DNA of 64,000 nucleotides from Dehalococcoidia bacterium (GCA_022825265.1 JAJDXE010000004.1:42343-106342); one strand, 5' to 3'; counted from the first letter of the stretch, positions 19,424 through 29,422 are shown. Notes: generated by a model not told the origin, from the sequence alone. Numbers and translations: made by a program.

Positions 19424-20256
19424 GCAGTCTGCCGACTCTGCATCGGCCGGGGCGAGACTCGGGTTGGCGTCGCTGGTCGTTGGTGATCACGATGCTATTG
19501 ACGGCGATCACCACGGCGGTTGTGGTGGTCTTCATGTCGGCGACTCAACTGACGGAGCGCGTGACCGCTCAGGAGTTCCTCGCCCGATCGGTGAGTTCGC
19601 TGCTGGAGATCGATCAGTTCGTGCTGAACGCCTGGCCGGCAATGGAGGCGGCCGCCGCTCAGGGCGAGGCCATATCGCTCACCGACTTCCCCCTGGCGCT
19701 GCAGATCGATCCGGATGGGCTGGCCGAGGGTCCGGCTGCCGTGTCGGACGGAGTGGCGGCGGCGACGGCGTCTTTGGTTTACGACGATGGCCTGGAAGTT
19801 CTGTCCGACGCTCCTCAGGCGTTCCGGTTGGTTTCTCGAGGCGCGGCATTCGACGGCACGGTCGGCCGATTGACAGGCGGTGGTCATGCGGTGGCGACGG
19901 TGGCGCTGATCGTCAGTGGGACGCTGGCGATCCTGCTCGGGATGGCGACGGCGGCTCAGGTCGGCGGGTTGAGTCGGGTCGGCGTTCCGGCGCTGGCGAT
20001 CGGTCTGGGAGCGACGCTGATCTGGGTGGTGGCGATCCTGGCGCAGTCATCGTTTGAGGGCCGCGCTGAGTCGACGCTTGACCCGTTTGCGGCCGACCTC
20101 TGGCTGATCGCGGTCGACGCGGTGTCGTTTGCGGTACGGAATGCGGCGATCGTGGCTCTGGCGTCGGGAATCGTTGCGTCGCTGGCCGGGATCGGTGGCC
20201 TGTTGTTGCGGGCCGTCGAGGAGACGAATCGGGCTGGCGCGCCGGGATATCGATAG
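19420..20256 (+). CDS. Hypothetical polytopic membrane protein, translationally coupled to the RDD gene (ATGA overlap).
   Basis: ORF with an N-terminal TM helix and a C-terminal cluster of TM helices. No recognisable domain. Confidence 0.4.
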   Translation: MSSLPTLHRPGRDSGWRRWSLVITMLLTAITTAVVVVFMSATQLTERVTAQEFLARSVSSLLEIDQFVLNAWPAMEAAAAQGEAISLTDFPLALQIDPDGLAEGPAAVSDGVAAATASLVYDDGLEVLSDAPQAFRLVSRGAAFDGTVGRLTGGGHAVATVALIVSGTLAILLGMATAAQVGGLSRVGVPALAIGLGATLIWVVAILAQSSFEGRAESTLDPFAADLWLIAVDAVSFAVRNAAIVALASGIVASLAGIGGLLLRAVEETNRAGAPGYR

Positions 20257-20350
20257 GTCACTACTTGATTCCGCGGCGGTCGGGTCGGCGTGTACGATGC
20301 AACAAACTGGTTCGCAGGCGCGCGACGCAATTGGCGCACCTGCGGGCGCT

Positions 20351-20425
20351 GCGGGAGTAGCTCAGTGGTAGAGCATCTGCTTCCCAAGCAGAGGGTCGCG
20401 GGTTCGAATCCCGTCTCCCGCTCCA
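20351..20425 (+). tRNA. tRNA-Gly (anticodon CCC).
   Basis: Cloverleaf read directly: 7-bp acceptor gcgggag/ctcccgc, D-arm gctc agtggta gagc, anticodon stem tctgc / loop ttCCCaa / gcaga, T-arm gcggg ttcgaatc ccgtc, then CCA. Confidence 0.85.
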
Positions 20426-20482
20426 CGCATCACGAGAAGACCCAGCCGACGAGCCATCTCAGGCGTAAGTAAGGAAGCACCG

Positions 20483-21664
20483 ATGGAACTGCGATTTTCC
20501 GAGACCGAGGAAGCCCTGCGCGGCGAGGTCCGCCAATTCCTGCTCGACAACATTCCCGAGCCGGCCTCCAGCGAGGGTCCGGGCGGCGCGCGCGAGAACG
20601 AAGAAGACTTCAACAACGCCGTCGATTTCAACCGCAAACTCGCCGACCGAGGCTGGATCGCTCCGGCCTGGCCGAAGGAGTACGGCGGTCTGGGCGCATC
20701 GATTTACGAGCAGATCGTCTTCAACGAGGAGTTCGGCTACCACGGCGCGCCAGACACCGGCACGCGCGGTTTCGGCGTCGGGATGATCGGCCCGACCCTG
20801 ATCATCCATGGCTCGGATGAACAGAAGGCCGAGTACCTGCCCAAGATCACCTCGGGTGAGCACATCTGGTGCCAGGGCTATTCCGAGCCCGGCTCCGGCT
20901 CCGACCTGGCCTCGCTGCAGACCCGCGCCGTCCGCGACGGTGACGACTACATCATCAACGGCCAGAAGATCTGGACCTCTGGCGGTCACCGTGCCAACCA
21001 GATGTTCTGCCTGGTCCGCACCGACCCCGACGCGCCCAAGCATCGCGGCATCTCATTCCTCCTGATCGACGACATCAAGAACACGCCAGGCCTCTCGGTG
21101 CGGCCGCTGATCAACATGGCCGGACGCCACCACTTCAACGAGGTCTTCTTCGAGGATGTTCGCGTCCCGGCCAAGAACCGCATCGGCGAAGAGAACCGCG
21201 GCTGGTACGTCGGCATGACCCTGCTCGACTTCGAGCGCTCCGGCATCGGCACGACCGCCGGCCAGCGCAAGACGCTCGAGGGCATGACCGAGGAGCTGCA
21301 GAATGGCTCGGCCGAGGAGCGCGATCGCTACCGGCTGGGTCTGTCGGACCTGGTCATCTCCAACAACGTCGCCAAGTACCTCGGCTACCGGATCGGCCAC
21401 ATCCAGGCGACCGGCAACGTGCCCAACTACGAGGCCTCGGTGATCAAGATCTTCCAGTCCGAGCTGGGTCAGAAGATCTACAACTACGGGATCAAAATGT
21501 TCGGCCTCAGCGGCCAGCTGATTCCCGAGGAGCCGACCGCCCCCTGGGCCGGCGACATGCCCGAGCAGTACCTGCTCGCCGTGCCCAGCACGATCTACTC
21601 CGGCACCAACGAGATCCAGCGAAACATCATCGCGACTCGTGGTTTGGGTTTGCCTCGGTCGTAG
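20483..21664 (+). CDS. Acyl-CoA dehydrogenase family protein.
   Basis: 393 aa with the typical three-domain ACAD layout. The C-terminus GTNEIQRNIIA matches the ACAD consensus. Confidence 0.85.
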   Translation: MELRFSETEEALRGEVRQFLLDNIPEPASSEGPGGARENEEDFNNAVDFNRKLADRGWIAPAWPKEYGGLGASIYEQIVFNEEFGYHGAPDTGTRGFGVGMIGPTLIIHGSDEQKAEYLPKITSGEHIWCQGYSEPGSGSDLASLQTRAVRDGDDYIINGQKIWTSGGHRANQMFCLVRTDPDAPKHRGISFLLIDDIKNTPGLSVRPLINMAGRHHFNEVFFEDVRVPAKNRIGEENRGWYVGMTLLDFERSGIGTTAGQRKTLEGMTEELQNGSAEERDRYRLGLSDLVISNNVAKYLGYRIGHIQATGNVPNYEASVIKIFQSELGQKIYNYGIKMFGLSGQLIPEEPTAPWAGDMPEQYLLAVPSTIYSGTNEIQRNIIATRGLGLPRS

Positions 21665-21723
21665 GCGCTCTCGTCCACAGTTCGACAATCGCCGCGGCGC
21701 GTCCAAGACGCGCCGCAGTTGTC

Positions 21724-22656
21724 TTAGTGCCCGCAGAGCGACCAGAACACCGGCGGGTTTCGCTTCAGTACGTCGTCACTGACTTTGACGCAGCTGTCAT
21801 GGAGTTTGGTTTGGCGGGATGCGTACGTCACCTGCAACGTCCCATCCGGTTCGGCCGACCTTGGCGCGCCAAGGGAGACAGCGATGCTTCCCGCGAGGTC
21901 GTCGGACAGGAACCACGAGGCAGTCTGAAGTCCTTCGCCCGCAGATCCTGCATCCAGGTTGACCAGGATTGCGCCTGGGCCGAGCGCTTGATCAACCAGC
22001 GTCAGTACCCAGGGATGGACGACCATTTCCTCCCAATGGCGGCCAACGACTCCCTGCTCGCGCAACTCATTTGCCATCTTGTCGGTGAACGCGTCTTCAA
22101 TGACCGTGAAGCCCTGTTTGGTCAGCTCCTCAACGTTTGAGCGCAAGCCGTAATGCTCAATCCTGTGATCGATGTCGGGGTTGTTGATGGTTCTGCGGGC
22201 CATGTGATCGTGGAGGCCACCGAGAAACGGGAGCATCGGCGGATGGGACGGGAACTGGCCCTTCATCTTGACTGGCTTGTCTCGCGAGAGGTGACTGTAT
22301 TCGCGCTGAGCACGGGCCTGGACCTCGGCGTCACCGCCGTAGATCGTCCAGCCGATCGGCAGGATGGCGTTGTAGTTGCCGTCGATCTCGGTCTCGGCTT
22401 CGGGCGCAGGTCCGGCTCCGACCTCGATCTCGCCGTCCGAGATGGTGAACCAGAAGCCTGCGATGTTGTCGGCGAATCCGAGATGGGGCGGCGCGTTTCG
22501 CCAGCGTTCGGTGACCGACCATTCGACACCGTCGAGTGCCTCGGGATGTTTGTCGGCTTGTTCCTGGAGGTAGCGGTTGGCCTCTTCGCACCACTCCCTG
22601 GAGGCGAACTCCACCCACTCGCTCCTGGGAACCGGCAGTTCTGCGCTGGTCGACAT
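21724..22656 (-). CDS. Hypothetical protein. The C-terminal half weakly resembles a PhyH-like dioxygenase (…HPWVLTLVDQALGPGAIL…).
   Basis: Long ORF, 310 aa, with no strong motif. Confidence 0.3.
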   Translation of the reverse strand: MSTSAELPVPRSEWVEFASREWCEEANRYLQEQADKHPEALDGVEWSVTERWRNAPPHLGFADNIAGFWFTISDGEIEVGAGPAPEAETEIDGNYNAILPIGWTIYGGDAEVQARAQREYSHLSRDKPVKMKGQFPSHPPMLPFLGGLHDHMARRTINNPDIDHRIEHYGLRSNVEELTKQGFTVIEDAFTDKMANELREQGVVGRHWEEMVVHPWVLTLVDQALGPGAILVNLDAGSAGEGLQTASWFLSDDLAGSIAVSLGAPRSAEPDGTLQVTYASRQTKLHDSCVKVSDDVLKRNPPVFWSLCGH

Positions 22657-22708
22657 CGGGGTCTCCTCGCCGTTCTGGGCGAAGATAGCGAACCGACTGG
22701 ACGGGAGA

Positions 22709-24385
22709 TCAGCCTTCCCAGAGTTGGCCGTTGTCGGTCTGGTTGGTGATTGCGAACCAGTAGGCGTTGTGGCCGCCGACTCGGGGCAGGACCTGGCCGT
22801 CCGGTCCGAGCAGGCTGTCCTCTCTGATCATCCAGACGCCTCCATCGGAGTCGGTCAACGTGTCGGCTGCCGGATCGGCGGACGCGAACTGGATGCTGCC
22901 GGACTCATATGAGCGGCCTCCCTCGCCATTGGCGGTGCTCACGACGACGATGGCCACCCCACCGACTTCGTCCAGCGCGAACCTACGCTCGGCGAGCAGT
23001 TGGATCGGGTAGGCGGCGAGGGAGTCGCCGACTCGCACGGCGTAGACGTTGTCCTTCTGCGCGAGTCGCTCGTCCTCGACCGGGACATTGAACCAGGTCA
23101 GCGGACTGTTGAAGTAGTCGTTGTAGGCGACGTCGGGTCCGTAATCGCGGACGAATCCGGTATTGATGCTGAGCACGGTGGTGTCGGGGTGGCGGGTGTA
23201 CCAGTCGCCCCAGGTCGTGACGACGACGGGCAGGACCTTGAGCCGGATGTCCTGGCCGACCAATGGTCCCCAGGCGGGTTTGCCGCTGAACTGGTTCCAG
23301 AGCGTGCGCGTGTTGCGGTCGTACATCAGCTTGTTCGAGCGGTAGAGCAGGCCGCTGGTGCCGAAGCGATAGACCTCGCTGCCGACGCGACCGTCGAAGA
23401 GAATCGGCGAACCGCAGAGGGTGCAGTAGGCGAGCGAGACGGGGACGCCGCCGATCGTGTCGTTGACCATCTCGTGCCAGGCAATGATCCGGATCGGATA
23501 GGCGCGGGCGTCGCCATCGATCTCGACGCCGACGACGATGTCCGTGTCGTTGATCCACTCGGCCGCCTCGTCGGGGAAGATCTGGGTGGGGAACTCGAGC
23601 GGTGGGATACCGTCGACGCGGACGCCGCCCCACATGATCTCCCGCGCATCGATGATGATCGGTTCGTCCGGGTTCATCATCTCGGCCATGTCCTCGAACT
23701 GACTGCCGAACAGGGCCTGCTTGAAGCGCAGGTATGAGATGGTGGCGCGGTCATCTGGGTGGAACTCGAAGATGTCTGGGTACTCGTAGACCGTGCGATA
23801 TCCGCCGCCGTAGCGCTGGTTCAGATAATCCAACGCTTGACCCCAATAGGGACTAGGGAACGCGGCCAGGTCGATCACGTACTTGTCGATCGCGGGCGAG
23901 TCGGAGGCCAGCAACTGGTCGAGCAGTTGCTGACCCGCGACGGGAATCGGCACGTAGCGACCGAAGAACCCATCCATCGGGCCCCAGAAGATCAGCTGCG
24001 ACATATCGATGGCGTCAGGGTCGAAGGGGAGGTCGCTGACCTGCGCGTCTTTTTGTTGGTCTGCAGTCTCGACCTGGTGCTGTTGAGAAGCAGATTGGTC
24101 GACCTGATCTGTGGTTTGAGAGACGGACTGATCGATATCCTCAGTCGCTTGTTGTTGCTGCTGCGACTGCTGAGGTTGGGATTGAGGAGGTTGCCGCGGC
24201 TCGGCTGGTTGCGATTGCTCAACGGAATCAGAGATGGGAGCGTCGTCTTCCGAGCTGCTGCAGGCCGCCAGCAGCAGGGTGAGCATGAGGATTGAGATCA
24301 ACCAGCGCATATCGCCGCCCGTCACATCCGCTTTGCTCATCGTACGTCGTGGTGGGGCGTGGAGATTACGCATCGATCCTCGCAA
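22709..24385 (-). CDS. DUF3179-domain lipoprotein with a Q/S-rich linker.
   Basis: Lipoprotein signal MRWLISILMLTLLLAAC, so the likely start is 24310 or 24340. Next comes a Q-rich low-complexity stretch. The DUF3179-like core is AYPIRIIAWHEMVNDTIGGVPVSLAYCTLCGSPILF...LYRSNKLMYDRNTRTLWNQFSG, followed by a degenerate second copy. Confidence 0.55.
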   Translation of the reverse strand: MRGSMRNLHAPPRRTMSKADVTGGDMRWLISILMLTLLLAACSSSEDDAPISDSVEQSQPAEPRQPPQSQPQQSQQQQQATEDIDQSVSQTTDQVDQSASQQHQVETADQQKDAQVSDLPFDPDAIDMSQLIFWGPMDGFFGRYVPIPVAGQQLLDQLLASDSPAIDKYVIDLAAFPSPYWGQALDYLNQRYGGGYRTVYEYPDIFEFHPDDRATISYLRFKQALFGSQFEDMAEMMNPDEPIIIDAREIMWGGVRVDGIPPLEFPTQIFPDEAAEWINDTDIVVGVEIDGDARAYPIRIIAWHEMVNDTIGGVPVSLAYCTLCGSPILFDGRVGSEVYRFGTSGLLYRSNKLMYDRNTRTLWNQFSGKPAWGPLVGQDIRLKVLPVVVTTWGDWYTRHPDTTVLSINTGFVRDYGPDVAYNDYFNSPLTWFNVPVEDERLAQKDNVYAVRVGDSLAAYPIQLLAERRFALDEVGGVAIVVVSTANGEGGRSYESGSIQFASADPAADTLTDSDGGVWMIREDSLLGPDGQVLPRVGGHNAYWFAITNQTDNGQLWEG

Positions 24386-24443
24386 TCGTGTTTGCCCGTA
24401 TCTTCTGACTACACCTCGGCCGACCGAGAAGTGGAGTCTCCCG

Positions 24444-25232
24444 ATGTCCGAACCTCCCCTCCTTTACGAACCCGACAGAGCGAACCGCCGGGCGCTGATG
24501 ACGTTCAATCGTCCCGAGCGGATGAACGCGATGAGCCCCGAGCTCCAGGTGTTGATGCGCGAGGCGATCGAGGAGTTCAAGAGTGACCCGGATGTCTGGG
24601 TCCTGATCGTGACCGGCGCCGGCGAGCGCGCGTTCTGCGCCGGAGCGGACCTCGGCAGCACGATTCCCAACGCGACGCAGGCCACCCGCGACGAGCCGCT
24701 CAAGGTCAACGAGACGCGCGGCTTGCACGACGTGCACAAGCCGGTGATCGCGGCAGTCAACGGGTACTGCATCGCCGGTGGGCTTGAGTTCATGCTGGGC
24801 ACCGACATCCGCGTGGCCGCCGAACACGCCGAGTTCGGCCTGCAGGAAGTGCGTTGGGGGATCATTCCAATCGGCGGATCGCATATTCGGTTGCCCAGAC
24901 AGATTCCCTGGTGCTGGGCGATGGAAATCCTGCTGACCGGCCGGCGGCTCTCGGCCGCCGAGGCGCTCCAGTGCGGCCTGGTCAATCGGGTCGTGCCGGC
25001 CGACCAGCTCATGGAGACGGCGAATGGGATTGCGGATCTGATCTGTCGCAACGGGCCGCTGGCGGTTCGGACGGCCAAGGAGATCGCCGTGCGCGGCGCG
25101 ATGGGCATGTCCTGGGAGCAGGCCTGGAGCATGGAATCGCTGCTTGGCGCCCGGGCGTTCGGCAGCGAGGACGCGATCGAAGGACCGCGCGCGTTCATGG
25201 AGAAGCGCGATCCGGTGTTCAAGGGCCGTTAG
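24444..25232 (+). CDS. Enoyl-CoA hydratase/isomerase (crotonase) family protein, paralog 1.
   Basis: Motif AAVNGYCIAGGLEFMLGTDIRVAAE. Start refined to 24444, with GTGGAG 8 nt upstream. The N-terminus aligns with the downstream paralog. Confidence 0.8.
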   Translation: MSEPPLLYEPDRANRRALMTFNRPERMNAMSPELQVLMREAIEEFKSDPDVWVLIVTGAGERAFCAGADLGSTIPNATQATRDEPLKVNETRGLHDVHKPVIAAVNGYCIAGGLEFMLGTDIRVAAEHAEFGLQEVRWGIIPIGGSHIRLPRQIPWCWAMEILLTGRRLSAAEALQCGLVNRVVPADQLMETANGIADLICRNGPLAVRTAKEIAVRGAMGMSWEQAWSMESLLGARAFGSEDAIEGPRAFMEKRDPVFKGR

Positions 25233-25268
25233 GCCGATAGGCTCTGACTCGAATCAAGGAGACCGCCG

Positions 25269-26066
25269 ATGCCCGATCAGTCCGATTTGCCGCTGATTTA
25301 CGAGAAAGACCCTGCCAACAAGCGCTGCGTGATCACGTTCAATCGTCCGGAGCGTATGAACTCCATGTCGCAGGAACTGCTGCGGCTGCTGCGCGACGCG
25401 ACCGAGGACTTCAACAATGATCCCGATATCTGGGTCGCGATCCTGACCGGAGCAGGTGAGCGGGCCTTCTGCGCGGGCGCCGACCTGGGCAGCACGATCC
25501 CGGCGAAGTCGGCCGGCGCTCGCGACAATCCGCTGCGAGTGCAGGAGACGCGCAGCCTGCATCACGTGTTCAAGCCGGTCATCTCGGCGGTCAACGGCTA
25601 CTGCATCGCCGGCGGACTGGAGTACATGCTGGGCACCGACATCCGCGTCGCCGCCGAGCACGCAGAGTTCGGTCTGCAGGAAGTCCGCTGGGGCATCGTC
25701 CCCGACGCCGGCGCGCACATCCGACTGCCGCGCCAGATTCCCTGGGCCTGGGCAATGGAGCTGATCCTGACCGGTCGCCGGATATCGGCGCAGGAAGCGC
25801 TGCATTGCGGGCTGATCAATCGGGTCGTTCCGCTCGAAGACCTGATGCCGACCGCTCACGGCATCGCTGATCTGATCTGCGCCAACGGCCCGCTCGCCGT
25901 GCGAACGGCCAAGGAAATCGCCGTCCGAGGCGCGATGGGCATGTCCTGGGAGCAGGCCTGGAGCATGGAGTCGCTGCTGGGAGCCAGAGCGTTCGGAAGC
26001 GAGGACGCGATCGAGGGTCCGAGAGCATTCATGGAGAAGCGGACGCCGCAGTTCAAAGGGCGCTGA
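25269..26066 (+). CDS. Enoyl-CoA hydratase/isomerase family protein, paralog 2 (tandem duplicate).
   Basis: Its 3' ~140 nt and C-terminal 45 aa are near-identical to paralog 1 (…MSWEQAWSMESLLGARAFGSEDAIEGPRAFMEKR…). Confidence 0.8.
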   Translation: MPDQSDLPLIYEKDPANKRCVITFNRPERMNSMSQELLRLLRDATEDFNNDPDIWVAILTGAGERAFCAGADLGSTIPAKSAGARDNPLRVQETRSLHHVFKPVISAVNGYCIAGGLEYMLGTDIRVAAEHAEFGLQEVRWGIVPDAGAHIRLPRQIPWAWAMELILTGRRISAQEALHCGLINRVVPLEDLMPTAHGIADLICANGPLAVRTAKEIAVRGAMGMSWEQAWSMESLLGARAFGSEDAIEGPRAFMEKRTPQFKGR

Positions 26067-27218
26067 ATGATGGACTTGACTGGCTACGGCGCTGAGACCC
26101 TGGATCCGAGCATTCGCTCTCGCTTCGTCGAGGGTGTCAATGGCCTGACCGTGCACATCCTCGAGGCCGGCTGGGGCGAGGATCGCCCGCGGCTCCTCAT
26201 GCTGCACGGATTTCCCGAGATTGCCTATAGCTGGCGGCGGGTGATGCCGCTGCTGGCGGAGGCCGGATTTCACGTGATCGCTCCCGATCAGCGCGGCTAC
26301 GGTCGGACGACCGGCTGGACGGCCGACTACGACGACAGTCTGATCCCGTACGGCATGCTGAATCTGACCCGGGACGCGGTCGGGCTGGTCAGCGCTCTGG
26401 GCTGGGACTCGGTCGATGGCGTGATCGGGCATGACTTTGGCTCGCCGGTGGCCGCCTACTGCGCCTTGATCCGGCCGGATATCTTCTGCTCGGTCGTGAC
26501 GATGAGCGGGCCGTTTGGTGGTCCGCCCGGTCTGGCGTCTGGCGAGGTTCGCGGATCTGGCGCGGCGGGCTCGGCGAGCATCGCCGACGACCTGGCCGCG
26601 CTGGATCGGCCGCGCAAGCACTACCAGCTCTACTACTGCACCCGTCCCGCCGATGCCGACATGACCAACGCGCCGCAGGGCGTGCATGATTTCCTGCGCG
26701 CCTACTACCACCACAAGAGCGCCGACTGGACGCAGAACCGGCCCCACCAACTCGAGGGCTGGACGGCCACCGAACTGGCCAAGCTGCCTACCTACTACGT
26801 CATGGACCTGGACGAGGACATGCCGACGACGGTCGCGCACGAGATGCCCTCGGCCGAGGAGATCGCCAACTGCTCCTGGCTGACCGAGGCGGAGATGTCG
26901 GTCTATGCGGGCGAATACGAGCGCAACGGATTCCAGGGCGGGCTGAACTGGTATCGGGGCACGCGCGATCCCGAGTGCCTGGCGCAACTGCAACTCTTCC
27001 ACGGCAAAACGATCGACGTACCGGCGGCCTTCATCGGCGGCAAGAGCGACTGGGGCGTCTACCAGTCGCCGGGCGGCCTCGACCGGATGAAGGCCGCTTG
27101 CACAAATCTCTTGGGACAGCATCTCGTCGATGGAGCCGGCCACTGGGTCCAGCAAGAGCAGCCCGAAGCAGTGGCCGAATTGTTGCTGCGCTTCTTCGAT
27201 CAGGCGGCGTCCGCCTGA
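26067..27218 (+). CDS. Alpha/beta hydrolase, epoxide-hydrolase-like.
   Basis: HGFPEIAYSWRR oxyanion/HGxP region and GHDFGSP nucleophile region. The start abuts the ECH stop (TGAATGATG). Confidence 0.75.
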   Translation: MMDLTGYGAETLDPSIRSRFVEGVNGLTVHILEAGWGEDRPRLLMLHGFPEIAYSWRRVMPLLAEAGFHVIAPDQRGYGRTTGWTADYDDSLIPYGMLNLTRDAVGLVSALGWDSVDGVIGHDFGSPVAAYCALIRPDIFCSVVTMSGPFGGPPGLASGEVRGSGAAGSASIADDLAALDRPRKHYQLYYCTRPADADMTNAPQGVHDFLRAYYHHKSADWTQNRPHQLEGWTATELAKLPTYYVMDLDEDMPTTVAHEMPSAEEIANCSWLTEAEMSVYAGEYERNGFQGGLNWYRGTRDPECLAQLQLFHGKTIDVPAAFIGGKSDWGVYQSPGGLDRMKAACTNLLGQHLVDGAGHWVQQEQPEAVAELLLRFFDQAASA

Positions 27219-27221
27219 ACA

Positions 27222-28295
27222 TCAGCGCCTGAGTTGCGGCGCGACCTCGCTGACGAAGCGTTCGCTGCACTCGGCGTTGGGGTGGCTCGGGTCCAGGGTG
27301 GTGCCCGCGATGAAGAAGCGGGTGATTCCCAGCTCGATCAGTTCGCCGAGTCGCTGGACGCAGTAGTCGGGCGGGCCGAACACGCCGAAGCTACCGGCGA
27401 ACTCCTGGGTGACCTGGGCCGACTGCGGGCTTCCCTCGCGCGCGTGGCCGTGCATGTCGTAGCTGTCGTGGATTTTCGTCAACACGTCGCGCTGCGTATC
27501 GGTGACGGGACCGACGATCTCGCCGTACATATTGGAGAAGCGGGCGAACAGGGAGAGTCCGGCCGAGCCGATGCCGAGCGCGACTTCGGCGTCGTCGTGG
27601 ACGACCGTGGGCAGGTACGCGCCGAAGGCGATCTCGGGATCGAGCCCCGCCTCGGAGCGCGCCTCGCGGGCGACCTCCATGCCCCACTTGACCCGCTCGG
27701 GGTCGCCGCCGACCGCCAGGCTGACCTGGTCGGCGTGACGCGCGGCCGCGGCGATCACCCGAGGTCCGGTGGCGGCGACATCAACCGGCACCTTGGGATA
27801 GGACGGGTTGAGCCACTCGATCCGGCTCGCCTCGGGCGTGTCGGCCAGGCCGAGGACGTGGACATCGGTTTGGCCGAAGGCCACGTCCTCGCCGCGCAGG
27901 TATCCCTGGAGCTGTTCGAGATACCGCTCGAACTTTGGCACCGCGTGCGGCGCCAGACCGAGATGGGCCAGCGCCGAGTCGCCGCGTCCGATGCCGAGGT
28001 AGGCGCGGCCTCCGCTCTCAGCCTGGATCGCCGCGATCGCCGAGGCCGTCACGGCCGGATGCCGCGTGTAGGAGTTGGTCACGCCGGTGCCCAGCTTGAG
28101 GTGCGTCGTCGCGTTGGCGGCGACGGTCAGCGCGACGTAGCAGTCGCTGGCTCGGTTCTGACTGTCGACGAACGTGATGCCGTCGAAGCCCAGCTCCTCG
28201 GCCCGCTGCGCCTGCCTGGCGGAGGTGAACGCGGTCGGATCCCCGCTTGAGGCGAGGCCTCGACCCGAGGTCCAGAATTCGACCGGCATGATCAC
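27222..28295 (-). CDS. LLM-class (luciferase-like) F420-dependent oxidoreductase, paralog A.
   Basis: TIM-barrel LLM family, 357 aa. ~60% identical to the adjacent paralog. Confidence 0.75.
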   Translation of the reverse strand: MIMPVEFWTSGRGLASSGDPTAFTSARQAQRAEELGFDGITFVDSQNRASDCYVALTVAANATTHLKLGTGVTNSYTRHPAVTASAIAAIQAESGGRAYLGIGRGDSALAHLGLAPHAVPKFERYLEQLQGYLRGEDVAFGQTDVHVLGLADTPEASRIEWLNPSYPKVPVDVAATGPRVIAAAARHADQVSLAVGGDPERVKWGMEVAREARSEAGLDPEIAFGAYLPTVVHDDAEVALGIGSAGLSLFARFSNMYGEIVGPVTDTQRDVLTKIHDSYDMHGHAREGSPQSAQVTQEFAGSFGVFGPPDYCVQRLGELIELGITRFFIAGTTLDPSHPNAECSERFVSEVAPQLRR

Positions 28296-29362
28296 GAGCC
28301 CTTCAACTGCGGGATGACTTCCTGGGTGAAACGGACGCTTGACTCGGTGTCGGGATCGTTCGGATCGAGTGGCGAGCCCCGGAAGATAAAGCGGTCGATG
28401 CCAATCTCGACCAGCTCGCCGAGCCGTTGGACAACATAGTCGGGCGGGCCGAAGACGCCGAACGAGCGCTCGAACTCGGTCGGGATCACGTCGGCCTGAG
28501 CGCTGCCCGGTCGCCCGTGGCCGTGCATGTCGTAGTTGTCGTGGATGTCGGTCAGGACCTGGGCCTGCTGCTCGGACGCCGGCCCGACCACCGTGCCGTA
28601 CATGTTCGAGAAGCGGGCGAACAGCGAGACCTGTCCCGCCCCGATCCGCATGGCCTGCTCGGGGTCATCGTCGACGGCGAGCGGGATGTAGGCGGCGAAG
28701 GGGATCTCGGGATCGAGACCAGCTTCGGCACGCGCCTCGCGCGCGACCTCCATGCCCCAGAGCGTGCGATCGACATCCGCGCCGACGTTGAAGCTGACCC
28801 GGTCGGCATGGCGGGCGGCGGCCTGGATCACGCGTGGTCCGGTCGCGGCGACGTCGACGGGCACCTTGGGTCCCATCCGGTTCATGTAGCGGATGTTGCT
28901 GGCCTGCGGCGTGTCGGCCAGACCGAGCGCGTCGACGTCGCTCTCCTCGAATCCGACGCTCTCGCCGCGCAGGTAGGCCTGCAGTTCCTCGAGATAGCGC
29001 TCGAACGGGCCGACCGCATGCGGGGCGAGTCCGAGGTGAGCCAGCGCCGAGTCGCCGCGCCCGATGCCCATGTGCGCCCGGCCGCGGCTCTCGGCCTGGA
29101 TGCTGGCAATCGCCGAGGCGGTGATCGCGGGGTGCCGCGTATAGGAGTTCGTCACGCCCGTGCCGAGCTGGATGCGCGAGGTCGCGTGGGCAGCCAGGGC
29201 CATCGAGATGTAGCAGTCCGGGGCGAGATTCTGGCTGTCGACCCAGACGATCCCGTCGTAGCCCATCTGCTCGGCCTGGACGGCCATCTGCACGCCATCA
29301 AAAACCGACGGGTCGTCGCTGGTCGGCACGCCGGCGCCCATGGTCCAGAATTCGACTGTCAT
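28292..29362 (-). CDS. LLM-class F420-dependent oxidoreductase, paralog B. It overlaps A by 4 nt.
   Basis: 356 aa and collinear with paralog A (…GTGVTNSYTRHPA…IGRGDSALAHLGLAPHAV…). Confidence 0.75.
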   Translation of the reverse strand: MTVEFWTMGAGVPTSDDPSVFDGVQMAVQAEQMGYDGIVWVDSQNLAPDCYISMALAAHATSRIQLGTGVTNSYTRHPAITASAIASIQAESRGRAHMGIGRGDSALAHLGLAPHAVGPFERYLEELQAYLRGESVGFEESDVDALGLADTPQASNIRYMNRMGPKVPVDVAATGPRVIQAAARHADRVSFNVGADVDRTLWGMEVAREARAEAGLDPEIPFAAYIPLAVDDDPEQAMRIGAGQVSLFARFSNMYGTVVGPASEQQAQVLTDIHDNYDMHGHGRPGSAQADVIPTEFERSFGVFGPPDYVVQRLGELVEIGIDRFIFRGSPLDPNDPDTESSVRFTQEVIPQLKGS

Positions 29363-29422
29363 CGCAGGCCTCCCAAGCTGATTCTGTTCATCGGATTGGC
29401 TGGAGGGTAATGCTCCACAGGC

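Noticed and set aside
20257-24385. Possible genomic island integrated at tRNA-Gly.
   Set aside because: No integrase or recombinase gene follows the tRNA. I could not find a direct repeat of the tRNA 3' end. GC content is uniform with the flanks.
25254-27155. 633-aa minus-strand ORF.
   Set aside because: It is antisense to the enoyl-CoA hydratase and alpha/beta-hydrolase genes. It has no motifs and a low-complexity Arg/Gly/Ala composition.
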